From contig JAGOSY010000024.1 of assembly GCA_018062085.1 (NCBI GenBank), forward strand, positions 13,421 through 77,420: a stretch of 64,000 bases of DNA. The letters run 5' to 3'. Numbering within the stretch: the stretch's first letter is position 1; each line of letters begins with the position of its first letter. A model generated the notes under the pieces. The model did not search any database. It saw nothing but the letters and a program-made list of their open reading frames with translations, and was not told where the DNA came from. Positions 27,328 through 35,618 of this stretch are shown piece by piece. Both the position numbers and the translations under genes were made by a program. The DNA comes from a bacterium (GTDB taxonomy: Bacteria; Cyanobacteriota; Vampirovibrionia; Obscuribacterales; Obscuribacteraceae).

Positions 27328-28755
27328 CTAGACAGTAATTTTGGTGCCTTTGGCTTTGACTTCGGGGGCTTCGATATGACTCGACGCTTTCAGGTGCGAA
27401 ACAATGTCGAACTTGGTCAACACAGCGCAGGCCTTACCCTCTTTAGTGAGAATGACCATATTGCTACCCAGCTTGAATTGCTTATAGACTCTATCGATTT
27501 CGCTATCGACATCAAGCTGAGGGAAGGGGCGACCCATTACCGATGAAACTGTAGTTGACTCTGGATGTTTGCGCTCATAAACAATTTGCATAGTGATCAA
27601 ATCATTGATGTGGCCAACGTTTTGACCGGCAGCAGTGACCACCGGAAGTTGATCGATTTCATACTTTTGCATAATTTCGATAGCCATCTGCACAGTATCA
27701 TCAGGCTTGATTGTAATCATGGCTGGTACTTTGCCTGAGCTGGTCTTACCGGCAAGCAAATCTTTGGCAAAGAAGCTTAGACCTTCAGCTTGCAAATAAC
27801 CAAATTCGCGCATCCAATCATCAGAATAGATTTTGCTCAAATAGCCTCTGCCACCATCAGGCAGAATAACTACAATCACGTCTTTCTCGGTCATGGTGGC
27901 AGCCACTCGCAGAGCAGCTACAGTAGCCGTACCGCAAGACCCACCGATAAGCAGACCTTCTTCGCGCACAAGGCGACGAGCCATTAAGAAAGACTCTTTG
28001 TCAGATACACGTTCGAAGTGATCGACGATTTTCAAATCGGCATTGCGTGGAATAAAGTCTTCGCCAATACCTTCAACTTTATATGAGCCTGGTGTGTCGC
28101 CAGAATAAATTGATCCTTCTGGGTCAGCACCAATAATTTTGATATTTGGATTTTTTTCTTTCAAATATCTAGCAGTACCAGAGATGGTGCCACCAGTGCC
28201 AGCCCCTGCCACCAAGCAAGTGATTTTGCCTGAAGTCTGTTCCCAAATTTCTGGCCCGGTAGTCTCATAGTGAGCATCGGGATTATTAGGATTAGCAAAC
28301 TGATTAGGCTGGAAGGAACCAGGAATTTCCATGGTTAGTCGATTAGCGACCGAATAGTAGCTCTCAGGGGAGCTAGCCGAAACAGTAGAAGGAACCATAA
28401 CTACTTCAGCACCGTAGGCCTTCAGTAAGTTGATTTTCTCAGGGGCGACCTTGTCAGGACAAATCAAAATGCACTTATAGCCTTTGACTGCGGCAATTTG
28501 TGCCAGGCCTGTGCCCGTGTTGCCCGAGGTTGGCTCAATAATTGTGCCGCCCGGTTTGAGCAAGCCAGCCTTTTCGGCTTCCTCGATCATTTTCAAAGAG
28601 GGTCTATCCTTGATCGATCCTCCCGGATTAAAAACTTCAAGCTTGGCCAAAATTGTTGGCTTCAAGCCCAGAGTCACCTTGTTAAGCTTAACAAGTGGAG
28701 TTTGGCCTATAGTTTCCAGGATGTTCTCGCAGTACTTCACAAGGAAGTCCTCCAT
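27328..28755 (-). CDS. Cystathionine beta-synthase (PALP catalytic domain plus a C-terminal CBS-domain pair)
   Basis: KLEVFNPGGSIKDR (PLP lysine), EPTSGNTG and GAGTGGT, then a C-terminal tandem CBS region of about 130 aa (MITIKPDDTVQMAIEIMQKYEIDQLPVV...). Confidence 0.9.
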   Translation of the reverse strand: MEDFLVKYCENILETIGQTPLVKLNKVTLGLKPTILAKLEVFNPGGSIKDRPSLKMIEEAEKAGLLKPGGTIIEPTSGNTGTGLAQIAAVKGYKCILICPDKVAPEKINLLKAYGAEVVMVPSTVSASSPESYYSVANRLTMEIPGSFQPNQFANPNNPDAHYETTGPEIWEQTSGKITCLVAGAGTGGTISGTARYLKEKNPNIKIIGADPEGSIYSGDTPGSYKVEGIGEDFIPRNADLKIVDHFERVSDKESFLMARRLVREEGLLIGGSCGTATVAALRVAATMTEKDVIVVILPDGGRGYLSKIYSDDWMREFGYLQAEGLSFFAKDLLAGKTSSGKVPAMITIKPDDTVQMAIEIMQKYEIDQLPVVTAAGQNVGHINDLITMQIVYERKHPESTTVSSVMGRPFPQLDVDSEIDRVYKQFKLGSNMVILTKEGKACAVLTKFDIVSHLKASSHIEAPEVKAKGTKITV

Positions 28756-28795
28756 TACAATATGTATGAGAAAGAATAGGTTTAATTATACGGCG

Positions 28796-30355
28796 ATGAC
28801 AGACAACAAAGACTGCTACAAACCTGAAGATCTATCAGATTTTGATTGGAAAAAGGACCTCGGGGCGCCTGGAGCCTACCCCTTCACCCGCGGAATCTAC
28901 CCAGATATGTACCGATCGCGCAAATGGACAATGCGTCAGTATGCGGGTTTCGGTAATGCAGAAGAGACGAATAAAAGATTTAGATATCTCTTAGGTAACG
29001 GCCAAACCGGACTTTCTGTCGCTTTTGACTTGCCAACCCAAATGGGTCTCGACTCAGACGACCCCATGGCTTTAGGCGAAGTTGGCCGCACCGGCGTGCC
29101 AATTGATACCCTCAAAGACATGGAGCGCCTCTTTGATCAAATTGATCTTGGCAAGGTATCCACCTCTATGACAATCAATGCCACGAGTGCCATCCTACTT
29201 GCCATGTACAGAGCAGTCGGAGTGAAGCAAGGAGTTAGTGCTGCTAATTTGTCAGGCACAATTCAAAACGACATTCTCAAAGAGTACGAAGCGCGCAACA
29301 CCTATATTTTTCCGCCCAAGGGCTCAATGCGCCTGATCACTGACATCTTTCAGTTCTGTGCCAGCGATATGCCTAAATGGAATACTATTTCAATTTCTGG
29401 TTATCACATTCGCGAAGCCGGTGCCACGGCAGTTCAAGAACTGGCTTTCACCTTTGCCAATGCCATTGAGTACGTGCGCGCGGCACAATCTTCAGGCTTA
29501 GAGGTAGATAGTTTCGCTGGGCAATTGTCGTTCTTCTTTGTCGCCCAAATGAATTTCTTTGAAGAAGTGGCCAAATTTAGAGCGGCCCGGCGCATCTGGG
29601 CCAAAATCATGCGCGATCAATTTGGCGCCAAAAGCCCGAAGTCACAAACCTTGCGCTTTCATGTGCAAACCGCTGGCTCTAGCCTCACCCTGCAACAACC
29701 GGACAACAACATTGTCCGTACAACTCTTGAAGCCCTGGCTGCGGCTCTCGGTGGCTGCCAATCACTACATACAAACTCGAAAGACGAAGCCATTGCTCTG
29801 CCCACTGAAGCCTCAGCGCTTACAGCTCTGCGTACTCAGCAAATTATCGCCTTCGAAACTGGCGTTACCAATGTGGCCGATCCTCTAGGCGGCTCGTATT
29901 ACATAGAAGACCTCACCAATAAAATTGAACTAGAAGTCGAGGAATACTTGCGACGTATCGAAGAAATGGGCGGCGCCATCAAAGCAGTTGAAAGCGGCTA
30001 CATTCAAAAAGAAATTCAAGACTCAGCCTATGAAGACCACCAAGATATTGACCGCAAAGCGAAATTGGTTGTCGGCGTCAACTCATTTATAGATGAGCAT
30101 GAAGAAGAAATAAATGTGCAGCGCATTGACCCAGCCCTCGAAGGCCGCCAAGTGACTGCTCTTCAAGAGCTCAGAGCCAGCCGCGACCAAGAGAAAGTGG
30201 ACGCCGCGCTGGCGAAGTTACACTTAGCAGCCAACTCTTCAGATAACCTTATTCCTCTAATTTGCCAGGCTGTCGAATGCTATGCCACGGTCGGCGAAAT
30301 CAGCGGCACCCTTAAAAAGTCGTTCGGCAAATTTAGACCGATGGTGACAATTTAA
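28796..30355 (+). CDS. Methylmalonyl-CoA mutase family, catalytic (TIM-barrel) subunit without a B12-binding domain
   Basis: From ATG 28796: PFTRGIYPDMYRSRKWTMRQYAGFG, GLSVAFDLPTQMGLDSD and SISGYHIREAGATAVQELAF. The product is 519 aa and ends before any DxHxxG cobalamin-binding module. Confidence 0.9.
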   Translation: MTDNKDCYKPEDLSDFDWKKDLGAPGAYPFTRGIYPDMYRSRKWTMRQYAGFGNAEETNKRFRYLLGNGQTGLSVAFDLPTQMGLDSDDPMALGEVGRTGVPIDTLKDMERLFDQIDLGKVSTSMTINATSAILLAMYRAVGVKQGVSAANLSGTIQNDILKEYEARNTYIFPPKGSMRLITDIFQFCASDMPKWNTISISGYHIREAGATAVQELAFTFANAIEYVRAAQSSGLEVDSFAGQLSFFFVAQMNFFEEVAKFRAARRIWAKIMRDQFGAKSPKSQTLRFHVQTAGSSLTLQQPDNNIVRTTLEALAAALGGCQSLHTNSKDEAIALPTEASALTALRTQQIIAFETGVTNVADPLGGSYYIEDLTNKIELEVEEYLRRIEEMGGAIKAVESGYIQKEIQDSAYEDHQDIDRKAKLVVGVNSFIDEHEEEINVQRIDPALEGRQVTALQELRASRDQEKVDAALAKLHLAANSSDNLIPLICQAVECYATVGEISGTLKKSFGKFRPMVTI

Positions 30356-30646
30356 GTGCGAAAGACAAGCGGTAGCCAAGCGGTCAATATTTTGGTCGAT
30401 GAAGACATCTTCATCTTTGATGGAAATATAGACTGGCTCTGGTGCAGGTCAGAGCAAGGTGACAATTAAATGGCGAAAAACTACTGGCCTGTAGCCAATC
30501 CGCTGGTGTATGCTGCCATCTGGAAGGGCACGTTGCCAGTAAACGTTGTCAATCTAGCAGCTCTGTCAAGCGGTTGACGTCAAGAGCTGAGCTCTCTTAT
30601 TGGTTACTGACAAATATTGGTTGCTAAAAAAAGGTATCTAGGAAGC

Positions 30647-31663
30647 ATGGTTCAAAAGGCTGGCCTAAAAAAGATATTGGTCACTGGTGGAAGCGGGATG
30701 ATCGGCCGCGCCATTATCTCTAGACTGGTTTCAAGCAACCAGTGCTTAGTTAGAGCGCAGGTACGTGACAGGCTCGATGCCCGCTCAAAAATGGCCAATG
30801 GCGTCGACCTATCGGTGGTTGATTTGCAAGCAGCCGATTTCACCAGGGTCGGCGATCAAGAAATGCGCGCCCTGACCAAAGACATTGAGTTTGTCGTGCA
30901 CGCCGCTGGCCTAGTGCACCAAGAAGCGGCTTCTTACCAAGAGTACGAAGTTATAAATGTAAGAGCCACCCAACAATTAGCTGAAGCCTGTGTGGCTAAC
31001 GGCGTACACACCCTTGTATTTCTGAGCACTTCAGCTGTTTACGGCAAAGGCCCCTTCAAAGACATCAGTGAAGCTGGCCCCTACTCAGCGAAAACACCCT
31101 ATGCCGTCTCGAAGATGACCAGTGAAAATTATCTGCAAACTCTAGCCCAGAAGATTCCGCGCATAATTGTGCTCAGACCATCTATGGTCTTTGGTGAAGG
31201 CGATCGGGGCAATATGCTTTCGCTCATTCGTCAAATCAAAGAAGAAAAGTATGTCCACATTGGCAGCGGTGCCACACCGAAGAGCTTGATCTACTCAAAA
31301 GATTTAGCAGCAGCAGTGCACCTCTGCTTGCAGAGAGTGCCCAATGGTTATCACGTCTTCAACGTCGCTAACCCCACAGCAGTGTCGATGAGAGACCTCG
31401 CCGACAACATTGCCGCCACCATGAACATCACTAAGAAATTCAGCTCTGTACCTGAAGGTTTACTAAAAATGGGCCTAAAGGCAGCACAAGCTTTTATGCC
31501 AGGAAAAATAAACGTCACTCCTGAACAGATAGAAAAACTAGCTACTGAAACAACTCTGGCCACCGATAGCCTCGTTGCTAGTACTGGTTTTGCTCCAGCC
31601 ACAAATCTTCAATCAGCAATCAAGGCCGAAGTCGATTGGGCAACAACAAACAAACTTATCTAG
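30647..31663 (+). CDS. NAD-dependent epimerase/dehydratase (extended SDR)
   Basis: ATG 30647 preceded by GGAAG. KILVTGGSGMIGRAI glycine motif and catalytic YAVSK. Confidence 0.8.
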   Translation: MVQKAGLKKILVTGGSGMIGRAIISRLVSSNQCLVRAQVRDRLDARSKMANGVDLSVVDLQAADFTRVGDQEMRALTKDIEFVVHAAGLVHQEAASYQEYEVINVRATQQLAEACVANGVHTLVFLSTSAVYGKGPFKDISEAGPYSAKTPYAVSKMTSENYLQTLAQKIPRIIVLRPSMVFGEGDRGNMLSLIRQIKEEKYVHIGSGATPKSLIYSKDLAAAVHLCLQRVPNGYHVFNVANPTAVSMRDLADNIAATMNITKKFSSVPEGLLKMGLKAAQAFMPGKINVTPEQIEKLATETTLATDSLVASTGFAPATNLQSAIKAEVDWATTNKLI

Positions 31664-33030
31664 ACCAATATTTCAAAATCAGTGAGCGCAATTCTTCTGT
31701 TCGCAGCGAATTTTTAGGCGGCCTTACTACTTTTTTGACCATGGCTTACATCATCGTGGTCAACCCTGCCATTCTTGCCTTTGCTGGTATTCCCCAAGGG
31801 CCATCAACAGTTGCCACTATTTTGACAGCTGTATTTGGCTGTCTAGCCATGGGTCTCTATGCCAATCGACCTCTAGCTGTGGCGCCATACATGGGAGAAA
31901 ACGCCTTCATCGCTTTTGGCCTTGCTTCTTTAGGCATCAGCTGGCAACTAAGACTAGGAGCCGTCTTTGTCAGCGGCTTTGCCTTCCTTACCATGTCGCT
32001 GCTAAAAATCAGACCATGGCTGGCCAATTCTATTTCAAACAGCATGAAGCATAGCTTTGCCGCTGGCATTGGAATGTTTCTTACTCTAATCGGACTCTAT
32101 GAAACCGGCATAATTGAGAGCGCTGTGCAAGGCATGCCAGCCAAAATATTGCTTTCAGCAGACGGTATCACCCTTGGTGCACCACCGGTGCCATTAAAGT
32201 TAGGCAATTTACACGACATAAAAGTGATACTAGCCATAGTTGGCACAGTGCTGACAGCCACACTGCTCGCCCGCAAGACAAAAGGGGCCATACTGATTGG
32301 CATAATTGCCACAGCTGCTCTAGGTTTTGCCTGCAATGTAGGCGAACTGCCTAAAGCAATTTTCTCGATGCCATTTCAAGGCGACCTCAGCTTAGAGCCT
32401 ATATTTTTAAAACTCGATATCGCCTCGACCTTGAAACTTAGTTTCTTGCCCATACTTCTTACTCTTTTTCTTATGAGCTTTCTCGACACTCTAAGTACTA
32501 TCGTAGGAGTGGGTGCTAATTGCGGCATGGTAGATGAGCAGGGCAATTTGACAGACATTGAAAAGCCAATGATTGTTGATGCTTGTTCTTGTATCTTGTC
32601 GGCACTGATTGGCTCATCCACTAGTGGTGCCTTTATCGAATCAGCCGCGGGCATTAGAGAAGGGGCCCGAACCGGCCTAGCTTCAGTCTTCACTGCCCTG
32701 TTTTTCTTTGCTGCACTATTTTGCATTCCACTTTTAGCACCACTTCAGCATCTTAAATATGCCTATGGTCCGGCACTCATTTGTGTCGGCTTACTGATGC
32801 TCAACTCACTGCGCAAAATTGACGTGGACGATTTAACAGAAGCATTTCCTTCTTTTGCCACCATTGCCATGATGATTTTTACTTATAGCATTGCCAACGG
32901 TTTAACCGCTGGGCTCGTGCTATACGCAGTGATCAAAACCCTGTCTGGCAGGGGCAAGGAAGTATCTGCCGGAGCCTGGATATTGGCTTGTATGTGCATG
33001 CTCTATTTCGTCTTCGGTCTGCCACACTGA
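31636..33030 (+). CDS. NCS2/AzgA-family purine (adenine/guanine/hypoxanthine) permease
   Basis: FKISERNSSVRSEFLGGLTTFLTMAYIIVVNPAIL is the typical AzgA/PurP N-terminus, and the protein is polytopic. The only in-frame start upstream of TM1 is TTG 31636, which overlaps the previous gene by 28 nt. Confidence 0.85.
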   Translation: MGNNKQTYLDQYFKISERNSSVRSEFLGGLTTFLTMAYIIVVNPAILAFAGIPQGPSTVATILTAVFGCLAMGLYANRPLAVAPYMGENAFIAFGLASLGISWQLRLGAVFVSGFAFLTMSLLKIRPWLANSISNSMKHSFAAGIGMFLTLIGLYETGIIESAVQGMPAKILLSADGITLGAPPVPLKLGNLHDIKVILAIVGTVLTATLLARKTKGAILIGIIATAALGFACNVGELPKAIFSMPFQGDLSLEPIFLKLDIASTLKLSFLPILLTLFLMSFLDTLSTIVGVGANCGMVDEQGNLTDIEKPMIVDACSCILSALIGSSTSGAFIESAAGIREGARTGLASVFTALFFFAALFCIPLLAPLQHLKYAYGPALICVGLLMLNSLRKIDVDDLTEAFPSFATIAMMIFTYSIANGLTAGLVLYAVIKTLSGRGKEVSAGAWILACMCMLYFVFGLPH

Positions 33031-33066
33031 TCACGGGCACCAAACTGGCGCCCCACAAGATCATCG

Positions 33067-33546
33067 TCAGCCACCGCCTGAACTCATAGAAGAGCCGCCA
33101 CCGCCACCACGATAACTGAAACCGGTGAAAACGTTGCCATTTCCAGCATAAGTGCGACTGCCGGCATATTTAGCGACTTGTGCATAACCTGACTGGGCCT
33201 GATAGCGCAGAATTGGATTTTTACTGTAAGAGGCCACCCAAGAATAATGGTCAATGGCACGCTGGGTCTGATTGAGATTGTGGTAGCAGAGACCCAAATA
33301 ATAATGAGTCATATCATTGCAAAAACCATTGCGATCAGCTAGTTCAAATTGTTCAGCGGCCGGGCCAAAACGTTTGTTTTGAAATTCCTGCCAGCCCAAT
33401 TGGAACGACTTCGGCGGCGTTTTGGGTTTGGCAGTTTTCGATTTAGAAGCTTTTTTCGCTGCCGCCTGCTCGTTGACCGTTGCTCCAGCCGCAAGCGACA
33501 GAAGACAGAGACAAGCGACAAGGCTGTGGACAGTTTTACAGTTCAT
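33067..33546 (-). CDS. Secreted small protein with one TPR-like unit and a Gly/Ser-rich tail
   Basis: Signal-like VHSLVACLCLLSLAAGA, a Lys-rich linker, HYYLGLCYHNLNQTQRAIDHY, and a C-terminal YRGGGGGSSMSSGGG. Confidence 0.45.
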   Translation of the reverse strand: MNCKTVHSLVACLCLLSLAAGATVNEQAAAKKASKSKTAKPKTPPKSFQLGWQEFQNKRFGPAAEQFELADRNGFCNDMTHYYLGLCYHNLNQTQRAIDHYSWVASYSKNPILRYQAQSGYAQVAKYAGSRTYAGNGNVFTGFSYRGGGGGSSMSSGGG

Positions 33547-33680
33547 AAAGATCTTCTACCCATTCTCAGCCAAATGCGTCGCCCCTTAAATTGCTCGGTC
33601 AATGTCCAGTTGATGTCCACAAAGCCCGGTTAGGCTGTATATACAGAGGGTTTAATATTAGGGTCAAGGATTTCGAAAAT

Positions 33681-35606
33681 ATGGCAACCGGCTCAGAAAA
33701 TCTCAGGCAAACAGAGCAGCGAGAGCAGCCACTGGAAGGCGCCAAGCCGCTAGATAGCAAGCCGGATAGTGCTGCCAATTTGCGTAACCAATATTTTGAC
33801 TGCCTGGCTAGTGGCAAAAGCAGCTGCGAGGTACCGACAAAACCGCAAGAGCAAATCGGCACTCTCGAACTTACGAACCCGTATACAAGCGAAAGATCAG
33901 AAATGGTCGAGCAGCCCAAGCCAATCACGGCCGACACAGTCTTGCCGCGAGCACAGTGGACTTTAGCCTTTAACCTTACTACCACTCAAGATCACCAAGC
34001 TCCTTCAATAGGGTCGAATGCAGAGGATGCGCGCGTCTATGCTGGTGCTCGGAACAAAACAGCTGAACTTCTAGAGCTGGCAGCCACTACAGTGGGCAAA
34101 CCAGTGACCCTGGTAGTACAAAATGCTCAAAGACCAGAATCTAGTGAAACAAGCCCAACTACAGACAATAACAACAACAACAACAACCAGATAGTTGACG
34201 GACAGGCCCAGGCATCACTAAGTGCTTCAGCAAAAGACTCGGGCACTAGCGGCATGTTGATCCACACCTATCTAATACACGACGGCCAGATTCGAGAACT
34301 GCCTACTCGACCTTCGCAAGGTGTGGCCGCCGATACCGAAGCCCTGCTCAACATCGCCGGTAGACAAGCTCCCTCGGAACATCTCGCCCTATTTGCCCAA
34401 GGCCATGGCGGAGGCCCCCATGGAGTATCCGGAGATACAGGCCGAGCCACCCTAGCAGAAATGGATGCAGCCATCAAAAACGGTCTAGCCAATAGCGGCC
34501 GAGACAAACTTGACTTAGTTGACTTTGATGCTTGCTCTATGGGCAATGCTGCGGTGCTAGCAGCGGTGGCTTCGCGAGCAGACAATATTATCGCTTCACC
34601 AGAGATGGAAACAGCTGGTGGAGAAGACATTGACGCCCAAAATGTTAGAGCCATAGTTGGTGCGGTACTGAGCAATCCCAGTATGAATGGCCATGAACTA
34701 GGACAAAAAATAATTGATTTAGCAGCCCAGGGAGCTAACGGCGGTGCCGCTGCTCCACGAGAAATAGATCGAATTGTAGCTGGCACCGACACACTCTCGC
34801 ACTACAATGCGGCAGAGATTGGTCAATTCAATCAGAACCTAAATCGACTAGGCTCAGCCCTGACTCAAGCATTCGAAAGTGAACCAAACCGGCAGGCCAT
34901 TCTTACGGCAATAGGTGACGCGCCCCTGGCCTCACAGGCAGGCGGAGTAAGGCTGGCAGGAACTCCTAGAGCTGAACTGCGCGACAGTAAAACTTTCGCT
35001 GCGAATATAATAAACGCCATTGAAAACGGGTCTTTGATTGACCCCCAAGGTCAAATCAAAAGCGCAGCCGAAGCGCTACAGGCCAGCCAAAATAGATTGG
35101 TGGCAGGCTACCATGGTGAGAAAGCCGGTGGTTACGACCAGCAAGGCGGATTGAGCATGTTCTTACCGGGCAGAACCTACCTCGATAACCAAGCCAGAGC
35201 AGATGAGCTTAATCCCGCGCGCAACATCACAGAGTTAGCCAGTGATGAACGATTTAGCAATTTGCAAAACAAAGAGTCTTTACTCAATAGTCTTGGCTAC
35301 AACATTGAAGAAGTGCAATATGGGCAAAAGAAATTGGGAGCTGATGCTAGAGCAATAGCGCCAATCATTGAAGCGAAAGAAGCACTGAGCAACGCCAGCA
35401 CGCAAGCCGAATACACAGCAGCCCTCGGCCTACTCACCGCTAGCGCCAGACAATTTGAGCAATCAGAAGCAGGCCAGCGCTTGAACCAAATTTATCTTGA
35501 GCAGGCAAGAGCGGCTACTGCAAAGGCTTTTGCCGAAGAGATTCCAGCTCAAGATCAGAGCCAGTGGACAACATTCTTACGAAACCTACAGGCCTTGGCG
35601 CACTAA
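33681..35606 (+). CDS. Clostripain-like (peptidase C11 family) protein
   Basis: ATG 33681 with AAGGA 10 nt upstream. His/Cys dyad context: LFAQGHGGGPHGVSGD and LDLVDFDACSMGNAAV. The preceding WTLAFNLT...VTLVVQNAQ strands match the C11 layout. No signal peptide seen. Confidence 0.6.
   Translation: MATGSENLRQTEQREQPLEGAKPLDSKPDSAANLRNQYFDCLASGKSSCEVPTKPQEQIGTLELTNPYTSERSEMVEQPKPITADTVLPRAQWTLAFNLTTTQDHQAPSIGSNAEDARVYAGARNKTAELLELAATTVGKPVTLVVQNAQRPESSETSPTTDNNNNNNNQIVDGQAQASLSASAKDSGTSGMLIHTYLIHDGQIRELPTRPSQGVAADTEALLNIAGRQAPSEHLALFAQGHGGGPHGVSGDTGRATLAEMDAAIKNGLANSGRDKLDLVDFDACSMGNAAVLAAVASRADNIIASPEMETAGGEDIDAQNVRAIVGAVLSNPSMNGHELGQKIIDLAAQGANGGAAAPREIDRIVAGTDTLSHYNAAEIGQFNQNLNRLGSALTQAFESEPNRQAILTAIGDAPLASQAGGVRLAGTPRAELRDSKTFAANIINAIENGSLIDPQGQIKSAAEALQASQNRLVAGYHGEKAGGYDQQGGLSMFLPGRTYLDNQARADELNPARNITELASDERFSNLQNKESLLNSLGYNIEEVQYGQKKLGADARAIAPIIEAKEALSNASTQAEYTAALGLLTASARQFEQSEAGQRLNQIYLEQARAATAKAFAEEIPAQDQSQWTTFLRNLQALAH
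34167..34187 (+). repeat. In-frame AAT(AAC)6 trinucleotide tract encoding Asn7
   Basis: Read directly: aat aac aac aac aac aac aac, inside the C11-like CDS (protein string TDNNNNNNNQ). Confidence 0.95.
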
Positions 35607-35618
35607 AGAAAAGCGGCA

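Noticed and set aside
28484-28795. N-terminal 104-codon extension of the track ORF 28484..30355 (mutase)
   Set aside because: The extension lies antisense inside the well-supported CBS gene and has no mutase-like sequence. Mutase similarity begins right after ATG 28796 (MTDNKDCYKPEDL...PFTRGIYP).
30356-30577. Two short ORFs (38 and 35 codons) continuing in the mutase reading frame after its TAA stop, the second with an AAGGTG RBS
   Set aside because: There is no DxHxxG or other B12-domain similarity, so this is not a read-through or decayed cobalamin-binding domain. The open frames are short enough to arise by chance. The 35-aa ORF (30470..30577) remains an unverified small-protein candidate.
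34167-34187. AAT(AAC)6 tract as a phase-variation switch
   Set aside because: Slippage in a trinucleotide unit keeps the reading frame, so it can only vary the Asn-tract length and cannot switch the gene on or off.
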